A stretch of DNA of 64,000 bases from an uncultured Candidatus Saccharibacteria bacterium (GTDB lineage Bacteria; Patescibacteriota; Minisyncoccia; Phycocordibacterales; UBA12088), in the NCBI GenBank assembly GCA_964459075.1, contig CAYWKE010000001.1, forward strand, positions 4,626 through 68,625, given 5' to 3'. The position numbers and the translations under genes were made by a program. Each line of letters begins with the position of its first letter. Position 1 is the stretch's first letter. Positions 56,504 to 64,000 of this stretch are shown here, piece by piece. Under the pieces are notes generated by a model, which saw nothing but the letters and a program-made list of their open reading frames with translations, was not told where the DNA came from and did no database searches.

Positions 56504-59500
56504 CTAGAACGTAGGGATGATGATGTACTGGATGCTCGTCGAGTACTGACCGGGGGGCTGATCGTCCGACACCTCGACACGGTACACGATGTCGTGGGAC
56601 TCCCCTTCGACCGGCGTTCCGCTGTAGACGACCTCCTCAAGTTCAAGCGAGAACGCTGCGTAGGAGTCGTCGAGCAAGAATCGAGTAGACCCGCCACCGA
56701 GAGTGTTGTCCCCAGCGTGGTACCCCCAGCACCCCGTGAACGCAGTAAGGTCGCACGCGCTGCTCCAGGAAAGTGGCGCAGTGTTGCTTGCGGCCACGGT
56801 CGGGATGACCCCTCCGAGATCGCTCATGAACTGCATGCGCTTGCCGAGGAGGATCTGGTAGCCCCGGGGCGCATTCGTCGAGACCGTGAGGCGCTGCGCA
56901 GCGCGCGACGAGGTGCCGAAGTTGAGGTTCCCGAAGGGCACTGAGGTGGCGCTCGTTTGCACATCGGTCACGATACCCTCGGTCGAGCTACCCGCTGACA
57001 CGCCTGCGATCGAGAATGAGAGAGACGCTCCTTCGGTCGTGAGCGACGGGTAGCTCGAGCTGCCATTGGGAGGAATGGGGGTATTCTGCAGCGTATCGTA
57101 CAGGCGGAAGAAGTACGTGCGGTTCCCCGGCGCACCAGCGTGACGGACGGTGAACTCGTGCTCGGCAGCGGCGTTGGCTTGGATCTCAAAGGTGATAGGG
57201 CCTTCCGCCGAGAGCACGCCTACGTCCGAGGTGGCGAGGTAGCCAACGCGCTCGTTGGTGTGGGTGCGCTCCCCATCGTCGCGCTCGTCGATCGCAAAGC
57301 TCGTTGAGGTAGGAGCCGCGACCTCGTAGCGCACCCAGCCGCCTTCAGCGCCGTTGCGCGTCTGCTTACTCGCGAGAATGAGCGGGTCGCCCATGAACGT
57401 ATCGAAATCGAACGCTTCTGCGTACCACGGAATATCCGTCCACCCGGTGACCAGGGTCGACGTGGTCGCCGCAACGAGGTCGAGGTCGTTATTCCCGAAC
57501 ATCCCCGCATCGAGTGCGACCCACCCGAACACTTCAGGCGCAGCGGGTTCGCGGGTCTCACCATCAGGCACCTCGATGGCGCAGGTGAACTGACCTGCGG
57601 TGACCCCGTACTGGCTCGCGGTCAAAAAGTCGGGGAGAGAGGTGTTGTTGTCACTCTGGAGCGCCGTGAGGAGGACGGGCGGAGCCGTGAAGGCCTGTGC
57701 GAAGGTACAGGTCGCATCACTCGTGCTTACGACCGCATTCCCATAGTACTCACTCAACTCCGCAAGCCCCGCGTCGACCAGCACACCTCCGGGCAAGACG
57801 TAGTCGCCCGCTTCCATGACGAGGTAGCTCACGCGCTCGAGTCCGTGGTCATCGAGCTCGTTGTCGGGCTCTGCGACCCGCACCGTAAAGGAGGTCGCGG
57901 AGGTCGCAGTGATGATCGCGGCAGCGGGGTCATTCGCAGGAGCACCGGTCGAGTCACCGGTGATGGCCTCGGCAATGACGACCGGGTTCTCGTAGGTGCC
58001 GGTGAGGTTTATGAGAACGGGGGTCGCCCCTACGAGCGCCGTGCCGACCTCACCCACGGTCTGGGGCACGAACGAGCGTTCGTTATGGGTGCCGCACCCG
58101 TCGCCTACCCCCGCAACACACGCGTCGGCCTCAGCGAAGATCGCACTCGGGATCGTTTCGTGCTCAACACCCCCGCCGTCTGCGTAGCAGAAGAGCGACT
58201 GCCCCTCAACACACTGGTCGGCATCAACAACATCGAACACCTCGCCCGAGAAGTCCGAGGTCTCCGAGAACTGGAGGCGCGATTTGAGGAACCCAGAAGA
58301 GCCCGAGGTCTCCGCGACCATGATGCGCAACTTGATCTCGTTGTTGTACGTAAGGTCGGTCGGCGCGGTGTTACTCGCCGCAAGCGCAACGGTAGGCGTT
58401 GTGGAGGTCGCATCATCGAACCACTGCCACGACCCTGACTCCAGCGAGAAGCCGCTAGTGTAGAGCGTCGGGTAGTACACGTAGTCGTCGAGTGTCGTTT
58501 GATCCGCACGCACCATGCGGAAGCAGTAGTACGTGGATTCCGTCGCCCCGTTGTTCTGCACGACCCAGTCGTAGACGACGTCCTCACCGATAGCCACCCG
58601 GTATGGATTGACGACCGAGAGTCCATCCTCCTCGTACGTTCCCGCTCGATCACCGACCGAGAGAATGAGGTCCCCTACGGTGGGAGGGTCCCCCGAGAGC
58701 GCCGCGCCATCTGCGGGGCTCGCATTGAAGCCGCGCCAAGGAGCTGATGAAGAGCCGGGAAGCCCAAGGTTCTTCCAGCCCGTTGATGCTGAACACGAGC
58801 CCGCGCGCTCGACCCACTGCAGCCGAAACTGCGCCCCAGCTGCGGTCAGCACACCCCCTGCCACCTGCACGCTCATGCGAATGCGAAGCGTCTGTCCAGG
58901 ACCTGGCGGCTCATCAACGGGCGTGATCGCGGTGAACTCACCCAGGCTCGCCAACCCTTCCGGCCACGCGTCGGTGGGCAGAAGTGCGTCATTGTTCACG
59001 AAGAACTGGTAGTAGTTCTGCGTGAGGGTACGCTGAGCGGTGGGCCACTCAACCACCTCTACGCGGTAGGTGCGCGTCTGGCTGACCGCATCTGAGACGA
59101 AGAACTCGAACTGCGTCGTTGAGATGATGGAGTAGCTGATCATCGGGCGCGGGAAGCGCGATCCTGTTCCCGAGACGCGATTGTTCATGAACATCGACGC
59201 AGCAGTGACCTCGTCAAGGGTCGTGTTGAGCGCACGTGCTTCTTGCGTCGGTGACGTTGGTTCATTGTGGGTATCCTGGAACCGGGTGACCTCCATCACA
59301 TCACCTGAGGCCTGGAGGTTCTCGATGACCCACGCGACCCCCGTGTGCAAACCGGGGTTATCGGCACCCGGCTCCAAGCGAAAGAGTATCTCGGTCGTAC
59401 TGGCGATCCATACTTCTTGCCCGAACTCCTCGAGGTTGGCATCAGTGCCCGAGCGTTTCTGGGTATGGATGAAGGCGCGTGAGGTATCAGTGAGCGAAAT

Positions 59501-62500
59501 CGGCTCGGGCTCATCGACGATATCCGATACGTACGCGTGCTCGATGCGCTGTACACTCCAGTTCGATCCACGAAACTCAACGACCGCAACTGAAACGGCC
59601 GCTGTGTCGCCGCCCGTGAGATCGCGCACCAGCGTTGCTTGGTCCGTTGAGGAAGAGTAGCTCGCGGTGGTCTGCGTGGTGTTGTACGCCGTTCCGGTAT
59701 CATCCCCTGCTGCTGCCGTGATGAAGACAGCTACGTTGTCCTTGTTCGTGATGCTGGTAAGGGGCGGGGTCGAGGTCGAGGTTTGCACTGAGTTCATGGT
59801 CATCGGTGCCGCGTAGTGGACCACTATCTCGTTGTCACCCCCCGTGGGACCGATGTACTCGATGATCTCCCACGCGAGGTAGGTATCATCCACCGTCCCG
59901 AATCGCGCGAACTCGATCCCCGAGGCGAAGTCATTTGGGTTGGTAATGTAGACCGTCACATCATCCACGTTCTGGTTCCCCGTCCCGCCCGTCGAGAGAC
60001 CTGCGCCGGTCTCGTGGGTGACGGTGAGGCGTACGTAGGCGCGCGATGGTGTGCGCGGTACGACGTAGTCGACCCCGGCCACGAGCTGCTTCGTCGTACT
60101 CCCCACATCGATCGTGGTGGTGCCGCGCTGCACGAAGAAGTCTTGGTTAGGCCGAATGGACCCTTGTGCGTACGTGCTATATCCCTCAAGTGGCGAGCCG
60201 GCGTCCGTCAGGCGGAAGCAGTAGTCGGTGTCGAGGTCTGCCTGCGAGGTCGCCTCGATCGAGTACTCAAGCTCAACGAACTCACCCGGCGAGAGTGTGA
60301 GGGCTCCCGTCTCGCTCGTTGACTCACGCACACCTCCGTTGCTCACCTCGAAGTCACCTGAGGGTGGATTGGTGAGTCCGCCGTCCGCCTCGGGGATGTC
60401 GGTCGTGTTCGTTGCCTCAACGATATTGTCGGAGAGCGCCATGTCCCAGTCCCCGCCGGTGTCACCGACATCACTCCACCCCGAGGCCGCTCCACAGCTT
60501 CCCGGATTCTCCGCGTACTCGAGCCGCAGCTGCTTGGGGGCTGACGTGGCAAGCCCGGTGTTGTGTACCCCCACCCGCAGACGGTGCGGCTCGGCGCGCA
60601 CGACGTTGGTGAAGGGCGTGTCTTCGACCCCACCGGTCATCGACGTCGCTCCGGTCTCATTCCCGTCGTCATTGCGCCAGTGGAAACCGAACTGGTCAAG
60701 CGTCTCGCCCTGGATCGTGGTCGCGCCGGGTATCTCGACCGCAACGTTCGGAGCGACCGCGGCACCTCCAGCGTCAACGTCGGTCTGCGGATTCGTGATC
60801 TCAAGCTCGATGGTCTCACCGTTACTCGCCAAGGTGGTGATGTCCATGACCGGGTAGAGACAGATGGCCTGCGTCGAGGATGCTTCGAGCGAATCCGTGA
60901 AGGTCGACACGCCGTTCGGGCCAGAGAAGCCGTTGCCGTCGGTCGCGCCGAACTGCGCTTCGCCCCCACCAAAGCTCTCGCCGGTGCAGTCGTGGGGTGC
61001 AGTGGTATCGAGGTCGTAGTACAGCTCGATGTTCTCCAAACCCGTCGAACCATCGACCGTCCCCGCCTCAGCAAGCGTGATCTCGGTGATGAGATGGCTG
61101 TCACCCGGGGTGGTATCGGTGATGACGAACCCACCGCCTAGGTAGTTCCCGCTCATGCTCTTGTCGAGCGCAGCCACCTGCGTCCCCGTCGCACTAACCA
61201 GAAGGTCGGCGATGATGGTGACCTCGGGGTACGCGTCGTAGACATCAAGCGGCGTACCTCCGCGAGACGCACGGAAGCAGTAGGTCGTTCCCTCGATCGC
61301 GCTTGGGGTCGAGCGTAGCGAGAACTCGAATTCTGCTTGATCATTCGCAGCGAGCGCGAGTGAGCCGGTCTGCGAGGTCTCGTCACGCACGCCGCCGTTC
61401 GCCACCAGGAAGGTTCGGCCATCATCGGAGACGCCGCCAGTCGACGTGCCGATGTTGGTGGTGTTGGTGCCTTCGGTGAGATTGGTGCTCGTCGCGATGT
61501 CCCAGTCGCCGCCGACCGCGCCCACGTCGACCCATCCGATCGATGTTGAGCAGAGGCCGGTATTTGCCGCGTACTCGATGCGGTACGTCGAGGCAGGCGC
61601 GGCCGCGCCACCGGTGTTACCGATCCCCAAGCGCAGTCGCCGCGCACTTCCCTTGGCCAGGGTTGTAAGGGGCGTGTCCTCGACCCCACCCGTGGCTGAA
61701 GAGGCGGTGGTCTCCGTGCCGTTGTCGAGCCGCCAGTGGTAGTGCGCCTGCCTGAGGACTGAGCGCGTGAGAGTGGTCACGCCATCGATAGCGACCGGAT
61801 CGTCCGGATCGACCGCGCCCGCAAGTACACTAACCTCGGTCGAGGGATCGTCGATCGACAGCTCGATTGTTTGGCCATTGCTCGCATTCGACAGAACATC
61901 CACGACCACGTAGACACACATCGTCGAGGTAGTGCTGATGTTCACTGAACCGGTGAAGCTTGAAACACCATCAGGCCCCGAGAAGCCGTTGGTGTCGAGC
62001 GCGCCGAACTGACTGTCGAGCGCGCTGTAGCTCTCACTTGCGCAGTCGTACGGTGCCGAGGTATCGAGATCGTACCGCAACCGAATGTTGTCGAGTGCGT
62101 TCTGACCGTTGACCGTTCCTGACTCCGTGACCGTGATGCCCGTGATCGTCTCGGTGTCGCGACTTGCCGATAGGGCAAAGGCGCCGCCGACGTGGGTTTG
62201 GGTCGATGGAATGGTGATCGAGGTTGTCTGGGTGCCACGCGATCTCACGACGACATCTTCGGGAATGAGCGTGTCGAGTCGGACACCCTGTACCGCGTAG
62301 CGCTCTCCCACGAAGATGGAATTGGGGTCGTTATCCGATGAGAGGTTCGTATTCCTGAGCGAGACCGCGCTTCCCATCGTCAGGCCGTTGAGGAGGATAC
62401 CGTGAGAAGCACCCGCGTCGTTGTCACCAAAGCCGCGTTTGTACTTTCCGAACGAGCCGTACTGGTAGGGCCCTCCATCAACATGCCACGCCCACGAAGG

Positions 62501-63733
62501 ATACTGGCGCACGTTGTTCGTGGTACCGCCGTTGCCCCAGAACGAGCCCAAAAAGAGATAGTCGCCATCGCGCTCGATGGTGACGTTCTCACTATTGCTC
62601 GAGGTGCTGTGCGAGAAGGCTGTCGCGTCGACCTGCTGCTGCGTGTCCCAGGTGATGGGTTCGTTAACCGTGTCAGTGCGCAGTCCTCCGCCCGCTTCGT
62701 AGAGCTGCACGTACTCAGCGGTGTCGGGGAGTTTGGCGATCGAGATCGCTGCCTGGTCTGCCACTGTTGTTATCGCGCCGCACGCCGCACTGCCACACCC
62801 CACCTCAAGCGTGACTACCTGCCCGCTTGAGGTAGCCTCAATGATGCCCACGTAGGTCGCTGCGTGATCCTGTGTGCTGTCGGTCCCGCGAATGTAAGCC
62901 GAGGTCCGCACGCCCGGCAGCTCTACCCCATCTAGAGCGAGTCGCATGTTGTAGATGCGCCTACCCGTACCACTGTTGCGAAACATGACGTTTGCGGTGA
63001 CGAGGTAGTGCCCGGGGTCGGTCAGGGTGATGGCACTCCCCGAGCGAGAGAAGCTTGCAGGATCAAGCTCATCATTCGTGGTCCATACGAGCGGGGTGAA
63101 TGCCGTGGGAACCGTAAGCGAATCGGTCTTGCGAATGCGCGCGTAGTCCCACACCGTATCGAGTCGCAGAATGGTGAGTCCGGCCTCATTTGCGCGACGA
63201 CGCACGGTAGCGGTGTTGGCATCTGTTCGCTGCGCCTGTATGGAGATGGTCTCATTAGCGCCGGTCGTCTCAATGATCGCGGAGGCAGAGACGAGACACT
63301 CGTCTGTACCGTCTGTGCGGCGAATGTAACAAGTGCCCCGCCCATAGGCGATGGGTGAGCCGTTCTGGAGAATGCGACCCTGTATCTCGCTTCGATTGCT
63401 CCCACCGGTCGACTCCACACCGAAGTTGTATAAGACAAGGTAGTGCCCCGGATCAGCGAGCGTCACCGTGTTGTTCGCACCATTGATGGAGAAGCCCGCA
63501 CTCTCAGTGACCGGCGTATCGAAATCGAGAGTGACGTTGCTGGTCCCGATGGTCTCAAGGCCGGTCGCCTCGCGGTAGATGGCGTAGTCACCCACTGCAG
63601 CACGCCCCTCTCCACCCCACACGAAGAGGAGTGCTCCTACAGCAACGAGTGAAACAACGAGAAGACCCACGCCGCTACGGCGTGCTGCATGGGTTGCTTG
63701 GTATCTGCTTATGATCGCCCACGCCCTCCGCAT
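56504..63733 (-). CDS. giant (2409 aa) secreted surface protein with tandemly duplicated beta-domain modules and WxL-like C-terminal domain
   Basis: ATG at 63731-63733. N-terminal hydrophobic segment 'SGVGLLVVSLVAVGALLFVWGG'. Tandem ~350-aa modules each contain '...NI(R/E)L(R/Y)YDLDT(S/T)AP(Y/H)DC...', 'HWR(L/N)D(N/D)G(T/N)ET' and 'YCFR'. The C-terminus is 'GCWGYHAGDNTLGG...QYSTSIQYIIIPTF'. Confidence 0.75.
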   Translation of the reverse strand: MRRAWAIISRYQATHAARRSGVGLLVVSLVAVGALLFVWGGEGRAAVGDYAIYREATGLETIGTSNVTLDFDTPVTESAGFSINGANNTVTLADPGHYLVLYNFGVESTGGSNRSEIQGRILQNGSPIAYGRGTCYIRRTDGTDECLVSASAIIETTGANETISIQAQRTDANTATVRRRANEAGLTILRLDTVWDYARIRKTDSLTVPTAFTPLVWTTNDELDPASFSRSGSAITLTDPGHYLVTANVMFRNSGTGRRIYNMRLALDGVELPGVRTSAYIRGTDSTQDHAATYVGIIEATSSGQVVTLEVGCGSAACGAITTVADQAAISIAKLPDTAEYVQLYEAGGGLRTDTVNEPITWDTQQQVDATAFSHSTSSNSENVTIERDGDYLFLGSFWGNGGTTNNVRQYPSWAWHVDGGPYQYGSFGKYKRGFGDNDAGASHGILLNGLTMGSAVSLRNTNLSSDNDPNSIFVGERYAVQGVRLDTLIPEDVVVRSRGTQTTSITIPSTQTHVGGAFALSASRDTETITGITVTESGTVNGQNALDNIRLRYDLDTSAPYDCASESYSALDSQFGALDTNGFSGPDGVSSFTGSVNISTTSTMCVYVVVDVLSNASNGQTIELSIDDPSTEVSVLAGAVDPDDPVAIDGVTTLTRSVLRQAHYHWRLDNGTETTASSATGGVEDTPLTTLAKGSARRLRLGIGNTGGAAAPASTYRIEYAANTGLCSTSIGWVDVGAVGGDWDIATSTNLTEGTNTTNIGTSTGGVSDDGRTFLVANGGVRDETSQTGSLALAANDQAEFEFSLRSTPSAIEGTTYCFRASRGGTPLDVYDAYPEVTIIADLLVSATGTQVAALDKSMSGNYLGGGFVITDTTPGDSHLITEITLAEAGTVDGSTGLENIELYYDLDTTAPHDCTGESFGGGEAQFGATDGNGFSGPNGVSTFTDSLEASSTQAICLYPVMDITTLASNGETIELEITNPQTDVDAGGAAVAPNVAVEIPGATTIQGETLDQFGFHWRNDDGNETGATSMTGGVEDTPFTNVVRAEPHRLRVGVHNTGLATSAPKQLRLEYAENPGSCGAASGWSDVGDTGGDWDMALSDNIVEATNTTDIPEADGGLTNPPSGDFEVSNGGVRESTSETGALTLSPGEFVELEYSIEATSQADLDTDYCFRLTDAGSPLEGYSTYAQGSIRPNQDFFVQRGTTTIDVGSTTKQLVAGVDYVVPRTPSRAYVRLTVTHETGAGLSTGGTGNQNVDDVTVYITNPNDFASGIEFARFGTVDDTYLAWEIIEYIGPTGGDNEIVVHYAAPMTMNSVQTSTSTPPLTSITNKDNVAVFITAAAGDDTGTAYNTTQTTASYSSSTDQATLVRDLTGGDTAAVSVAVVEFRGSNWSVQRIEHAYVSDIVDEPEPISLTDTSRAFIHTQKRSGTDANLEEFGQEVWIASTTEILFRLEPGADNPGLHTGVAWVIENLQASGDVMEVTRFQDTHNEPTSPTQEARALNTTLDEVTAASMFMNNRVSGTGSRFPRPMISYSIISTTQFEFFVSDAVSQTRTYRVEVVEWPTAQRTLTQNYYQFFVNNDALLPTDAWPEGLASLGEFTAITPVDEPPGPGQTLRIRMSVQVAGGVLTAAGAQFRLQWVERAGSCSASTGWKNLGLPGSSSAPWRGFNASPADGAALSGDPPTVGDLILSVGDRAGTYEEDGLSVVNPYRVAIGEDVVYDWVVQNNGATESTYYCFRMVRADQTTLDDYVYYPTLYTSGFSLESGSWQWFDDATSTTPTVALAASNTAPTDLTYNNEIKLRIMVAETSGSSGFLKSRLQFSETSDFSGEVFDVVDADQCVEGQSLFCYADGGGVEHETIPSAIFAEADACVAGVGDGCGTHNERSFVPQTVGEVGTALVGATPVLINLTGTYENPVVIAEAITGDSTGAPANDPAAAIITATSATSFTVRVAEPDNELDDHGLERVSYLVMEAGDYVLPGGVLVDAGLAELSEYYGNAVVSTSDATCTFAQAFTAPPVLLTALQSDNNTSLPDFLTASQYGVTAGQFTCAIEVPDGETREPAAPEVFGWVALDAGMFGNNDLDLVAATTSTLVTGWTDIPWYAEAFDFDTFMGDPLILASKQTRNGAEGGWVRYEVAAPTSTSFAIDERDDGERTHTNERVGYLATSDVGVLSAEGPITFEIQANAAAEHEFTVRHAGAPGNRTYFFRLYDTLQNTPIPPNGSSSYPSLTTEGASLSFSIAGVSAGSSTEGIVTDVQTSATSVPFGNLNFGTSSRAAQRLTVSTNAPRGYQILLGKRMQFMSDLGGVIPTVAASNTAPLSWSSACDLTAFTGCWGYHAGDNTLGGGSTRFLLDDSYAAFSLELEEVVYSGTPVEGESHDIVYRVEVSDDQPPGQYSTSIQYIIIPTF

Positions 63734-63735
63734 AT

Positions 63736-63981
63736 CTACCCCTCGTTAGGTTCCCCCTCTTCAAGCTTCGTACTGCTTGCGGTTCCGGGGAGCACGGCTG
63801 CACCGGTGTCATCGACCGGCGTGACCGGATCGGGCGCTGGCATGGGGATGGGGGTCAGCGGTATCTCTTCATCGTTCGCCACATCGTAGCCGATGGTCTC
63901 TATGGCACCATCCTCACTGCGGTTATCGATGAGGAGTGCGAAGCGAGGGTTCTCGTACTTCCCGTCCCCACGCTTCTTCAC
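63736..63981 (-). CDS. acidic hypothetical protein (possibly 5'-truncated by window end)
   Basis: ORF 63736..63981 ('MKKRGDGKYENPRFALLIDNRSEDGAIETIGYDVANDEEIPLTPIPMPAPDPVTPVDDTG...'). Its TAG stop (63736-63738) lies 2 nt upstream of the start of gene 56504..63733. The upstream extent is unknown. Confidence 0.3.
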   Translation of the reverse strand: MKKRGDGKYENPRFALLIDNRSEDGAIETIGYDVANDEEIPLTPIPMPAPDPVTPVDDTGAAVLPGTASSTKLEEGEPNEG

Positions 63982-64000
63982 CAGGGAGAAGCGCTCGGTC

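Noticed and set aside
1-64000. Mobile elements, tRNA or rRNA
   Set aside because: No transposase-, integrase- or recombinase-like ORFs and no terminal inverted repeats flank any segment. Intergenic gaps are mostly under 150 nt and none showed an obvious cloverleaf. A covariance-model scan (tRNAscan-SE or Infernal) would still be needed to exclude small RNAs.

Overview
The window is high-GC bacterial sequence (roughly 60-65% GC by eye). Almost every gene I can support lies on the minus strand, closely packed, and many adjacent pairs overlap by 4 nt ('ATGA').

The 5' quarter (1-12.5 kb) holds membrane and housekeeping genes: a DUF2339-like membrane protein running off the window edge, an AI-2E family transporter, YtxH-like and DUF948-like small membrane proteins, a secreted CAP/SCP-domain protein, a VIT1/CCC1-family protein and an NAD(P)H-hydrate epimerase. 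It also holds a lower-glycolysis/glycerate cluster: enolase, a D-2-hydroxyacid dehydrogenase, PEP synthase and a MOFRL-type glycerate 2-kinase.

The remaining ~51 kb is one dense cell-envelope/surface locus. It contains three paralogous membrane-anchored cohesin-like proteins; two or three proteins with dockerin-like tails, including one with both cohesin-like and dockerin-like parts; an FtsX/MacB-type ABC exporter whose ATPase has a repeat-containing C-terminal extension; and a 4xFN3 secreted protein. It also contains four paralogous DUF916/DUF3324-like proteins anchored by a C-terminal transmembrane helix, WxL-like C-terminal-domain proteins including a 2409-aa giant, an Hsp20, and one uninterrupted 20.3-kb ORF encoding a modular surface protein of about 6770 aa. 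That giant has four DUF2341-like domains, three of them followed by a LamG-like domain, internal duplications of about 570 aa and 270 aa, beta-solenoid-like G/T-rich repeats, and acidic Pro/Glu tracts.

Several genes are preceded by a recurrent 'GTATACT(A/G)G' -10-like element 7-12 nt upstream of the ATG, which suggests leaderless transcripts. Giant adhesin-like ORFs, cohesin/dockerin modules and sparse metabolism resemble uncultivated small-genome (CPR/Patescibacteria-like) or other epibiotic lineages, but the lineage cannot be established from the sequence alone.

I found no rRNA, tRNA, CRISPR array or transposase. The ORF track evidently lists GTG/TTG-initiated frames as 'M', so several starts were moved to the first plausible ATG.
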